Shown here: piece after piece, positions 49,999-59,013 of the stretch
Layout of the letters: the number at the start of each line of letters is the position of its first letter
Position numbering within the stretch: the stretch's first letter is position 1
Source of the DNA: Entomortierella parvispora E1425
Lineage: Eukaryota; Fungi; Mortierellomycota
Reading direction: 5' to 3'
Assembly (NCBI GenBank): GCA_020891255.1
Contig: BQFW01000010.1
Coordinates: forward strand, 1,054,001 to 1,118,000
DNA length: 64,000 nt
Position numbers and translations under genes: made by a program
The notes under the pieces: model-generated
Databases searched by the model: none
What the model saw: the letters and a program-made list of their open reading frames with translations, nothing else
Told to the model about the DNA's origin: nothing

Positions 49999-50663
49999 AT
50001 GTCTGCCAGTAAGTTTTCTGTCTCTCTTCACGCCCTCTGCACGCTTCAGAACTCCCAACAGCGCACTGACACGATGTCGAACCCGCCATAGACAAGCCAC
50101 AGAAGTCTGCTTCGAAGGGCTCCAGTGCTTTGGAGCGACCCGAGTCTGCGCTGGAGGCTGCGCTTGAGGATGCCACGCGTGAGCTCAGTGAATTGAAGCT
50201 GGAGCTCGAAGACGCGTATGACCAGCTGGAGGACACCCGTGCAAGACTGGACGGGACGGAGCTCGAGCTGCAGAACACCCAGGCAGCACTGGCCGCTGCG
50301 AACCGTGAACGAGTCCTCGCTCTGCCCGAGAACAGGCAGGAGGTCTTCGCGGTGCTGAAATTCAGGAATCCGCAGCCTCTGCCTGTTGGTGGCTTCTGCT
50401 TCTTCGCACGGCAGAGGAGGGCCGTGGAGCGCACACTGGAGCAATTCATCGCCAAGAACCCGGACCTGGATGCTGTGGAGGTGGATGAGCTGCGGCTCGA
50501 ACGCACTCCCAGGGCCCGTAACGTCTACCAGTACATGAAGGGCGACAAGAACGCTCCGATCGAGTTCAGTCGCAACAACTTCATCGTCAAGGAGGGCCAC
50601 ACTGAGGACAAGATGAAGGAATACATCCTCCGCGTCTTCAACACCCACACACGAGAGGAATAG
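49999..50663 (+). CDS. Coiled-coil + DUF3627-like domain protein; intron 50009-50091
   Basis: ATGTCTGCCA|GTAAGT...CACTGAC...CATAG splices in frame into the 50130 ORF. A heptad-rich coil is followed by FCFFARQRRAV...TPRARNVYQYMK...FSRNNF...EDKMKEYIL, resembling DUF3627 of large-DNA-virus proteins. Confidence 0.55.
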
Positions 50664-50787
50664 GAGTCCCTAGCGGTTTTCGAATCGAGATTCAGCTGTA
50701 GGAGATGCAGGAAATAAACTTGCTTTACAGTGGCATTTGGGTTCGTGCCCTTGTGGTGGCCAGACAACGCACCTTCTCGACACAACA

Positions 50788-50858
50788 TTTAGCCGGTGGG
50801 TAGGATTCAGAGTAGCTCTCTAAGAAACGACTCTGAATCCTACCCACCTGGCCCGTGC
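50788..50858 (+). repeat. Hairpin unit copy 3 (perfect 19-bp stem 50795-50813/50830-50848)
   Basis: GGTGGGTAGGATTCAGAGT and ACTCTGAATCCTACCCACC are exact reverse complements; located 125 bp 3' of the DUF3627-like stop. Confidence 0.95.
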
Positions 50859-51082
50859 GCAAGACCATGAGGATGAGAAATGAGGAAAAAGCTGCTCGGG
50901 GAGGGCTTTATTAAGAGTGTGTGGTGTTTCTTCATCTGGCCAGACTCTACTCCGCTGATCGAGCATTGACACCCTCGTTCACCAGCTCTCTGGCTGTCCG
51001 TTTTCGGTCAAAAGGGCAAAGAAACTATGATGGCCAGCTTTTTTTAGGGAGAGAAACGACAAGCAGCAGCTATCAATGGTTA

Positions 51083-51115
<33 letters not shown>

Positions 51116-51164
51116 GATATTGAGAGAATCTAAACTGAGTGTTGGCAGAGGAAATATAAGCAAC

Positions 51165-51617
51165 ATGGACCACTCTACAGATATACGAGATACGCTGCGG
51201 AAAGGAGAGGTGGAAGGGACCGTTAGAGCTGTGCCGGTCAAAGACGTGTACGTGCGAGTGTGCACCGACAGGGAGGTCTATACAGTAAAGTATGTACACA
51301 AATTCGACAAATACCATGTTCTATCTGAGAAAGGGTCATCCGTCCTTATAGATGTCGACGCAGCAAAAGCGTTCGTCTACATCATAGCTTTTGCAGAGGA
51401 TTCGTCCAGGAGGAAATTTTTACATATACTGGGGAGGGAAATCGAATTCCATGAAAAGGATGAATTTGTCGAAGCACTGCACATCCTGAAAGGCACTTTC
51501 ACCTGGGCCGAAGCAGAGACTACCGGTTTGTTACAAAGAGAGAGCGAAGCGCTAAAGGAAGGCAAACACGAAACACCTGTCTCTAGGGAACATCTCTCAT
51601 CATCGGCTTCCGACTAA
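51165..51617 (+). CDS. Orphan 150-aa protein upstream of the transposase
   Basis: Intact ATG-to-TAA ORF with globular-looking composition; no recognised motif. Confidence 0.5.
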   Translation: MDHSTDIRDTLRKGEVEGTVRAVPVKDVYVRVCTDREVYTVKYVHKFDKYHVLSEKGSSVLIDVDAAKAFVYIIAFAEDSSRRKFLHILGREIEFHEKDEFVEALHILKGTFTWAEAETTGLLQRESEALKEGKHETPVSREHLSSSASD

Positions 51618-51760
51618 TGACCCCTCCCAGCTACAACAGAGCCTCTTGATGTTGAGCGTAGAGAGGCATAAATGCCTGGAGTTCTGCCCCATCCCGTGCA
51701 CTGGTTTTTAAAAACTGAGAGTTCCTCGAGAGCCAGTAACGAAAACATTATCGTCATATC

Positions 51761-53134
51761 ATGGACGAGGCACTTGCACGTGAGTACGATGCCATTGTGC
51801 AGACGCACTGGAAGTTCCTGTACAAGGACTGGCCCATTATTGACAGAGTGAAGCATCACCGCACAGAGATTGCACCCGTGAACGACATCGACAGCATCAA
51901 ACCCTTTGTATTCAACCGCCTGGGAGTCATACCCGTGTTCTTCTTCTTGACCGTGATCTTTGGTACAAGAGCCTATTCGTGCCCGTACAGAAATGTCGAG
52001 AAGGGCGTCATGCTGCTCTACGTGCTCGTGAAAGGTGTCTTTCTGAGCGACATGGCACGGCACATCCCAAAAACCTCCTTCCACGCCATCCACAAGGAGT
52101 TCTACAATTGCAAACCAGCCGCTCTTAACGGCCTTCTAAACACGATGCTGTCTGAGATGTTCTCGACGCTGAAATCGCGTCATCTTGTTGCAGAGAGGAA
52201 CCCTCACCCCTTCAAAAATGTCACACTCAACCTGGACGGCCACGACTCCAGGATTACCTACGTGGGCGCCGACAAACCCAGTCTGTACTCGTACAAGCTG
52301 AAGAAATCAGGCTTCCGTGTGCAGGTGTGCACTGACATGAACAATATGGTCCTGTTTGTGTCTTCACCTGAGCCGTGCCGTGACAACACTGACGGCACCA
52401 TGCTGCTTCGCCTGGGCATCCAGAACAGGATTCACAAACTGGACTGTGTTGCGCTGGATGGCGGGTACAATCTATATATTGGCAAGCTGGTGGACAGCGC
52501 AGACGAGCTCCAGTACGAGAATTTCTGCTATCCAGTCCGCAAGAGGCATAAAATTGCGCTGACTGAGGAGGAGGAGGCCTACAACGAGATTTTTGGGACC
52601 TTTCGGTCTCGCATCGAGGGCCACTTCGGTGAGATGCAATCAACGTTCACCAAGTTCAGCCATACGGTCGTGAACAAGGTTGCAGAGAAGGATACGTTTG
52701 ACATCCAATACAAGCTGGCGTCTGTCCTACTGAACATCAAAAGATTTGTGGCACTCAAGAGCATCCCATCCGAGCAGCATCACACTCTGTGGCTCAATGA
52801 CAGCTTTGACTTCCCCAGCAAGGCGGAGCAAGAGATCTTGTACACGCTCCCGAGCATCAAAGTCAAGCTGTCCCAGAGTCATGATATGCTTGCTACACGG
52901 AAGAAGTTTTTCGACATGACAATTTCCGCTCCTACAGGGGCTACTGATATGGACATGGCGAATGGGGACGATGGCGAAATCAAAGTCATTGGTCACCGTG
53001 GAGAAGGCGACACAAGAGAGTACCAGATCGTCCAGAAGAGTGTCGGCTTGAGCGTGGCTCAATGGGTGCCAGTCCACGCTGTCTCTGACAGGATGGTGAT
53101 CGTCGAGTACCTGAAGTCCCTGAAGTCGACTTAG
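51761..53134 (+). CDS. DDE transposase (PIF/Harbinger-IS5-like, DDE_Tnp_4 type), intact 457 aa, with chromodomain-like C-terminal tail
   Basis: NLDGHDSR (D), LYSYKLKKSG, TDG, ALDGGY (D) and YNEIFGTFRSRIEGHFG (E). The tail reads IKVIGHRGEGDTREYQIVQKSVGLSVAQWVP...IVEYLKSL. Confidence 0.85.
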   Translation: MDEALAREYDAIVQTHWKFLYKDWPIIDRVKHHRTEIAPVNDIDSIKPFVFNRLGVIPVFFFLTVIFGTRAYSCPYRNVEKGVMLLYVLVKGVFLSDMARHIPKTSFHAIHKEFYNCKPAALNGLLNTMLSEMFSTLKSRHLVAERNPHPFKNVTLNLDGHDSRITYVGADKPSLYSYKLKKSGFRVQVCTDMNNMVLFVSSPEPCRDNTDGTMLLRLGIQNRIHKLDCVALDGGYNLYIGKLVDSADELQYENFCYPVRKRHKIALTEEEEAYNEIFGTFRSRIEGHFGEMQSTFTKFSHTVVNKVAEKDTFDIQYKLASVLLNIKRFVALKSIPSEQHHTLWLNDSFDFPSKAEQEILYTLPSIKVKLSQSHDMLATRKKFFDMTISAPTGATDMDMANGDDGEIKVIGHRGEGDTREYQIVQKSVGLSVAQWVPVHAVSDRMVIVEYLKSLKST

Positions 53135-53207
53135 CTCTGGAACAGGATGGCTATCGTCGAGTATCTGAAGTCCCTAAAGTCGAGTTAGCTCTGGATTAGC
53201 TCTCCAA
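53089..53207 (+). repeat. Tandem duplication of the last 54 bp of the transposase gene plus a partial third copy
   Basis: CAGGATGGTGATCGTCGAGTACCTGAAGTCCC...TTAGCTCTGGAA (53089-53142) is repeated at 53143-53196, followed by TAGCTCTCCAA. Confidence 0.9.
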
Positions 53208-53604
53208 GGAGGTCGTCCCAGATCTGGATGGCAGTCCAAACTTGCTGGACTGGCCTGAATCTTCCTAGACTGTGGGACACAGCCTGTTTTTTAAAAGCAC
53301 GCCTTGTTCGTGCAGGTATCGCTGGGTCGCTCTGTAGGGAATAGTCCTCCCTTCGCCTCCAGAAATATTCAGGAATAAACAAGAAAGAATGTGCCTCCCA
53401 GCTCCCAGTGGCCACCGAGTTAGAGAGGAACCGCACGCTGCAGCCAAAGAGGCCTGACTCTCTTACCAGCCCTTGTAGGAAACACTCAAACCCACACCAG
53501 CGGCGGACGACAGAGCCTGACTGCTTTTTGATTTTTTATTTATTTCTCAGGAGAGCAGGAAGCCCAATGTGTGGCCTGAGTCTGTCAGACCCAGAACAAC
53601 CCCC
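53208..53604. repeat. Right 397-bp direct repeat
   Basis: Aligned base by base to 43375-43771: 4 substitutions, no indels. Confidence 0.95.
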
Positions 53605-53680
53605 GGTATCGGTATCTCCCAGGAACAATAAAAACGGACGCGTTTTCACACTGAAAACAGATTTGTTCATCCCATCCACC

Positions 53681-54120
53681 ATGTTGGACTCAACGTTGCG
53701 GTACCAATGTGCAAGGACATCGAACGAAATGATCGCCGTCATTCGCCTTCTTGACTACTTTGATCCCTCTATCGTCAAAGAAACGCCACGAGCCTTCCCA
53801 AAGAATCGGGAGCACCTTACCTCGATACTTGGGACTGGCACCAAGCAAGCCCAGGAGATACTGAACTACCGCAAGAACAGGGAGTGACCGCCTTTCGAGG
53901 TCCATTAGACGTCAGGAGGGAGAAAATCCATTAAGCCGAAATAGTCTGGAATGATTAAAAATCACGTCTAAGAACAAAATCTTAAAGGCAAACACGTCTC
54001 TAGTAGTCCTCAAATCCAACGACCTCGACATGCCCGTCTCCACCGTTCGCAGCCTGAATCAAATGAAGAACATAATGCTGGCGTTCTCGAACCCCTTTTG
54101 CTCCATGACGAAGACTGACG
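53681..54120 (+). pseudogene. Probable Tc1/IS630-like transposase N-terminal remnant
   Basis: EMIAVIRLLDYF...ILGTGTKQAQEIL (HTH-like), then GRKS...MIKNHV*EQNLKGKHVS, interrupted by stops. Confidence 0.35.
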
Positions 54121-54670
54121 AGTGACCGGCGCGCCTCTCCTTATGTCAATTTTTTTTCCGATCTCCTATTTCTTTCTTTTCTTCACTCAATTCATGTCCT
54201 CCTCCTCTTTCGATATCTATATCCCACGGTTCCTTCATATCTCTCTGTATAGTAATATGTTCTATGATCCTCATGACCATTTTTCATGGCGAAAATCATA
54301 CTTGAGGGTTGGCCATTCATCGAAATCTTGGATAAAAATGACCGAAAAGATTCTAATTGAGTCACACCAAAAAAGTACTTCCAAACAGCGCTCATTACTT
54401 TGAAGCATCGAAACTTCATTCATACACATTCGGTGACATCCAAACCTAGGATTTTTGATAATACTGGTGAATGTGAAATGGACCTTACAAAAATATGTGC
54501 ATCCCTTTCTCCGTCAAGTGTTTTAATAGGTTGGTTCATATCTGTCCACGACCAGGAGTAATTTGGCCTGATAAAAGAGAAATCTCAATTGAATGCAACA
54601 AAACCAGAGTTTTATTTGAAGACAAAAAGTGAGATGTTCAGAGCCAAATAAGTGGCATTCTCTGAACACT

Positions 54671-55090
54671 CTAGCAGGAACCCAACTGGGCGATCTCGGC
54701 TCCATGGTACTGGTTGATGGTACCCTGACCAGTCTTTCCTCCCTTGGTGACCATGACGGATCCCGCAATGCCGCTAAGGGTTCCGAGCTGAGGCCATTGC
54801 TGGAAAACATTGGTACCGAAGTTACCAGAGATTCTGGTATACTTTCCACCGCAGTTACCAGTCTCGAAGAAGGTGACGGAAATCAAGCCGCTGTTGGGAT
54901 CCTGGTTCAAGAATGAGGCGGATCTGGGCAAGTAAAACTGGGAGATGGTGTAGCACCAGTCGTACTTGGAGATTGGGAAGCTATCGCAGCTGCCCTTGAT
55001 GTCCTGGAGGTTATAGAGCTTCATCAACGCGGCATCGGAGGTGACGGCCAAAGTGATGGCGGAAATGGCGGCGACAATAGAAAACTTCAT
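54671..55090 (-). CDS. Small secreted protein, 139 aa, 4 Cys
   Basis: Signal peptide MKFSIVAAISAITLAVTSDA; intronless intact ORF. Confidence 0.75.
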   Translation of the reverse strand: MKFSIVAAISAITLAVTSDAALMKLYNLQDIKGSCDSFPISKYDWCYTISQFYLPRSASFLNQDPNSGLISVTFFETGNCGGKYTRISGNFGTNVFQQWPQLGTLSGIAGSVMVTKGGKTGQGTINQYHGAEIAQLGSC

Positions 55091-55474
55091 TGTGTTCAAA
55101 GGGGTTTGAGGGTTAAGGCGAATGTGGATGGGTTGGGTTGGGATGGGATGAAAGAAAAGTGGTCTCTTTTATACTCTCGAAATTTTCATCCTCTGAAAAA
55201 CTGCTGTTCAGCCTGCATTGGCACTTTACTGTACTGTACATGCACAGGAAGAGGTTCAGCGGGAGTGTTTGCTCGTGTCGCTTTGAGTCTCCTATAGTCC
55301 GACAGACGCAACAAAAAAATCAAGATGTCGACTCTTTTGAAGCTCACAAGTGGAAAAGTTCAAGGCAAAATTGCTGCAGAGATACGACGATAGCAAACTA
55401 CCTGAAAGAGCACTGGATCTTCTAGGAAGTGTCTATTTGTCGTCCGATGCTCTTAACTGTCGTCGTTGGATCTC

Positions 55475-55546
55475 TGCACCGCGCCCCAGTCATGCACCAC
55501 GCCCCAGTCGTGTACCGCGCCCCAGTCATGCACCGCGCCCCGAGTG
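55475..55546. repeat. 18-bp tandem repeat x4 (TGCACCGCGCCCCAGTCA)
   Basis: Direct reading; four slightly variant units. Confidence 0.9.
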
Positions 55547-55817
55547 CAAGTGGCACATTTGTATGATTTGAGAGATGCCATTAGACCGAAAATGAATTCA
55601 ATAGCCTGCCTCCTTTCTTTGAGTCCAAGAGAATCACTTTCTTGACTCTTTGAATTGATTGGCTTTTCTTTAGTTTCTGTGTAACTTGATCCTCTCTGGA
55701 AAGCAGAAAAAAGTTGATTTCCAGAGAGAATCAAAAAGTGATTCTCTTCGACACACAAGAAAGGAGGGCGCAGTGAAGTTACACAAAAAAAATATATTTC
55801 AGTCAGCACTGGCTCAT

Positions 55818-57400
55818 CTACGAGCGACGGTTTCGCGCCACGCACTCCTCCTCCTCCTCTTCTTCCTCCTCCTCCTCTTGGTCTTCATAATCAATGTCTG
55901 AGTATAGGATCTCACTACAAGAGGACTCACCATCCATATTACCATCTTCTTCAATATGATTTATGTCTGGCAATATGGTGGAGTCACTGGCGAGCTGACT
56001 GCTGTCTTGACTTGAAGGGATGTCATAATAATCATGTGGGGGTAGCAACATTGCCACCAGGTCTCGATGACATTCAACGGCCTGAAGGATACTATGTGCA
56101 GACTTTAACGGCATCATTCTTGAAACGCTTGGGATTGAAAAGCCGACCAGCTTGAGGTCATCATGGAAATGGTCGAATGGTCGATAGAGGTTCTTGGCTC
56201 TGTTACCGCATTCACAGCACGTTCAGTGTCTGGGAGATCTTCTGTTCTTGGGAACACAGGGAGGTTGTCTAGATCATAATCCGGATCGTCAGGATCATCC
56301 TGGTAGATCGCCTCCATATCCTCAGGAGACACAGAGAAATGAGAGAAATCCGAAGTGAGCGACACGGCTTTTATCGCTTCCATAATCCTTGGACTTGATC
56401 CCAATCCCTCACAACTCTTCAGGTAAGTTAGGACATCGAAGCTGGTCTGAGAGTTGATCGTTGCCTTGTGATTCAGAGATGGGAATAAAGCAGCCAACTC
56501 CTGCTTGAGAAGCTCTAGCTCTTCGTCAGTTGTATCTACCACGTTCACTCGAAGACCTTCTGACATCTCGGCTGGAGTAGTAGGGACATGAGCAAAGCAG
56601 TTTCGAACAGTGGATGCTGCAACTTGATCCCAGGCCTTTGCAAAGTAGGGGTAGAGCAATTTGTTTGGAATGGGGGGCATGCTAGCATTCGCAGCTTTAG
56701 GTGTAGCCGCTTCAGGAGAAGCCTTTGCGACCTTCTTCTCGATGTGGAGGTACCTCTCCTGAGCAGCTGCTGCATTACATTTCGTTGTTAACAGGGATGC
56801 TCTGTTTCGGTGTTGTGATAAGATGTGGGCCATGTGTCGGCCATACTTGACTTTGAGGGAGAGAATTATCCCTGCATCAAGCGGCTAGGAAACAAAAGTC
56901 GTTTTTGGAGGCAACCGGACAAGCAGGACGCCAATTGGGCTGTCTTTTCCAAACTGCTGCTCATCACCGCGATGGCCGGGGTGGTTGTCCATTAGTAAGA
57001 CAATTGCTCGGTTTTGTTGCTTGATATCAGCATCCAAAACGCCCAGCCATTGCTCAAAGAGCTCCTTGGTCATGTAGCCGCAACCTTTGAAGTTTGTCAT
57101 CATCTTATTTTTAGTGTCTTCGTCGCGGCCACCCCTGGGTTCGTGTGCACCTGATTGACAGATCAAAGCGCAAAATGTCAGCAGGATGAAAGTGCAAACC
57201 AGAGACATTTCATCCTCCATATTCTTACTAAGTACAAAAGGTGGCCGTTTATCTGTCCCAGTAACATTGTAGCAGGGCAATATGGATACCCGTGCATCGC
57301 TAGCCACTTTTTCCCTTGCAATTGGCTCCGTATCCAGCGATCGACTCGTCACAGCTACAGTACAAATATTCTCTGACGCGAATGCCTCCAGACAGATCGT
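55818..57400 (-). pseudogene. pogo/Tigger-like (DDE_1) transposase pseudogene
   Basis: RVSILPCYNVTGTDKRPPFVLSK, YMTKELFEQWL, IVLLMDNHPGH and LPPKTTFVS*PLDAGII, with TAG at 56885-56887 where Gln is expected. Acidic tail. Confidence 0.8.
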
Positions 57401-57448
57401 ACATACACGTGAATTTTTTTTTGTCGTAGTTCGAACTCTGGAAGGGCA

Positions 57449-57538
57449 AAGGTGAACACAACCACAGCAGAACGTGGGGCAACAGCCGCGGACAAGGTGA
57501 ACACAACCACAGCAGAACGTGAGGCAACAGCCGCGGAC
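57449..57538. repeat. 45-bp tandem repeat x2 plus partial downstream units
   Basis: AAGGTGAACACAACCACAGCAGAACGTG(G/A)GGCAACAGCCGCGGAC occurs twice. Confidence 0.9.
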
Positions 57539-57905
57539 AAGAAGGGGCTCTGAAGCAACAGCCGCGGGCGACAAGGAAGGGGCTCTCGGACCGGAAGACA
57601 AATCCGTATCTGGGATACAGATCAGTGTTAGAGAATCCACACCATCGGCATCAAGGATGTTCGCGTATTTAGATTTGTGCACAAAAAAAATTATGTGTTT
57701 GTGCACAAATGAAAATCGTGTGTTTGCGCACAAAGAAAATTTTCAGTGGGTCTGGGAGAAAACCCAAGGGTGAGTTGGGTGGGAACCTGTCCGTGTATTC
57801 TCTGGCAACTCAGGAGTAGCATTCGCGAAGGAGGGGGAAGACCAGCTGCCGTGTGCTGATCATCCATCTGAATTTGTTACTAAGCGTGAGAGAGGTGCCA
57901 GCCGC

Positions 57906-58300
57906 TCAAGAGTTTGGTCGTGGTTCGCTTACTTCTCGTGGCATGAACTTGTCATAGTGAGCTGTCCTTGCTCGGTATTCTTCCACGACCCTCACCGGGC
58001 AGACGAACTCTTCCGAATACACTTGATCGATGATCATTTTGGTGATGACCATTCTAGTGATCACCGCTCCACACACATTTCGAAACTTGGGGTGGATGAC
58101 TTTGAGCTCGATCTTGCCATCATTCACCAAAGTCCGCATGATGTCCCTGCAAAGGTCATATCATCGGGTCTCATAATACGACAATGGCTACAAAGAAGCA
58201 GACTCTGCTTGTGGTTGAGGTCCTTGTTTGAGTCCATCATGTGGACGGCGTCACGACCATCTCATAGTGGCGGATCCTCCTCAACGTGTTGGATCCCCAT
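57906..58300 (-). pseudogene. Tyrosine recombinase fragment (DIRS/Crypton-like)
   Basis: DSNKDLNHKQSLLLCSHCRIMRPDDM (catalytic-Arg region pattern), then in another frame VIHPK...ITRMVI and VCPVRVVEEYRART. Confidence 0.45.
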
Positions 58301-59013
58301 ATCCCGATTTGAAGTCATCGCCTTCTTGCACCTCGTGGCGGTATTCAGGTGAAACATGATAGAGCGCGGAGGTTGAGCTGGACACGAGTTGCAAAAAAAA
58401 AAACTCACGATTTACAAAGCGCAAGTACATAATGTCGCAGCAAAAGCCGACCGGGTCAATGGGGTAAACCATTGCGCCATTTGATGTTGGTCCACCAAGC
58501 CGCCCTTGCCCCGTAACTGTATCTTGGAGAGTCGCTGCGACTTTGCCTACCGATCGACGTTGGGCACGTAACTGCACTTGGGAATAAGGGAAGCAGCAGC
58601 GCGATAGGCACGTTAGCCCGGGGTTTGGAGAAACGGTGAGGAAGACACAAGGTACGAAATATGGCGTTCCAGCGCGTGTCGCCTCTCTTTCTCGCGTGGC
58701 TCTTCTAGTGTGCGCTGCAGCTCTTCATCGTGGAGAAAACTATACAGATGTTTGAAGGCAAATGATGAATGGGCCAGGGATATTGGCGATAACACAGCCA
58801 ACATCCTTCATGGTCCACAACAGACATTGCATGAAGGAAACAAGTTTTTGCGGATGAAATTGATCGCTTTTATATGGAAATAAATTTCTTCTACATGTTT
58901 GTCTATCGGGGCAAAAAAACGGATACTCACAAAAGAACGAAGTGGAGGGGAAGAGAAGGATGAATAAACGGGAGATGATGATTCGAAGGGGCAGGAAATC
59001 AAACAATAACCAT

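Larger units (their letters stand above)
43375..53604. mobile_element. 10.2-kb direct-repeat-bounded element encoding primase-helicase, DDE transposase and toxin-like cargo
   Basis: 397-bp direct repeats at both ends with 4 mismatches. The flanks read AGTATCGGT (43366-43374) and GGTATCGGT (53605-53613). The internal ORFs are listed separately. Confidence 0.8.

Noticed and set aside
43822-50858. CRISPR-like array of palindromic repeats
   Set aside because: Only three copies, kilobases apart and in mixed orientation, in a eukaryote with no cas genes.
43375-53604. LTR retrotransposon, DIRS/Ngaro or Polinton interpretation of the element
   Set aside because: No TG...CA ends, PBS/PPT, gag, RT or RNase H; no tyrosine recombinase, PolB or capsid recognised inside; the long repeats are direct rather than inverted.
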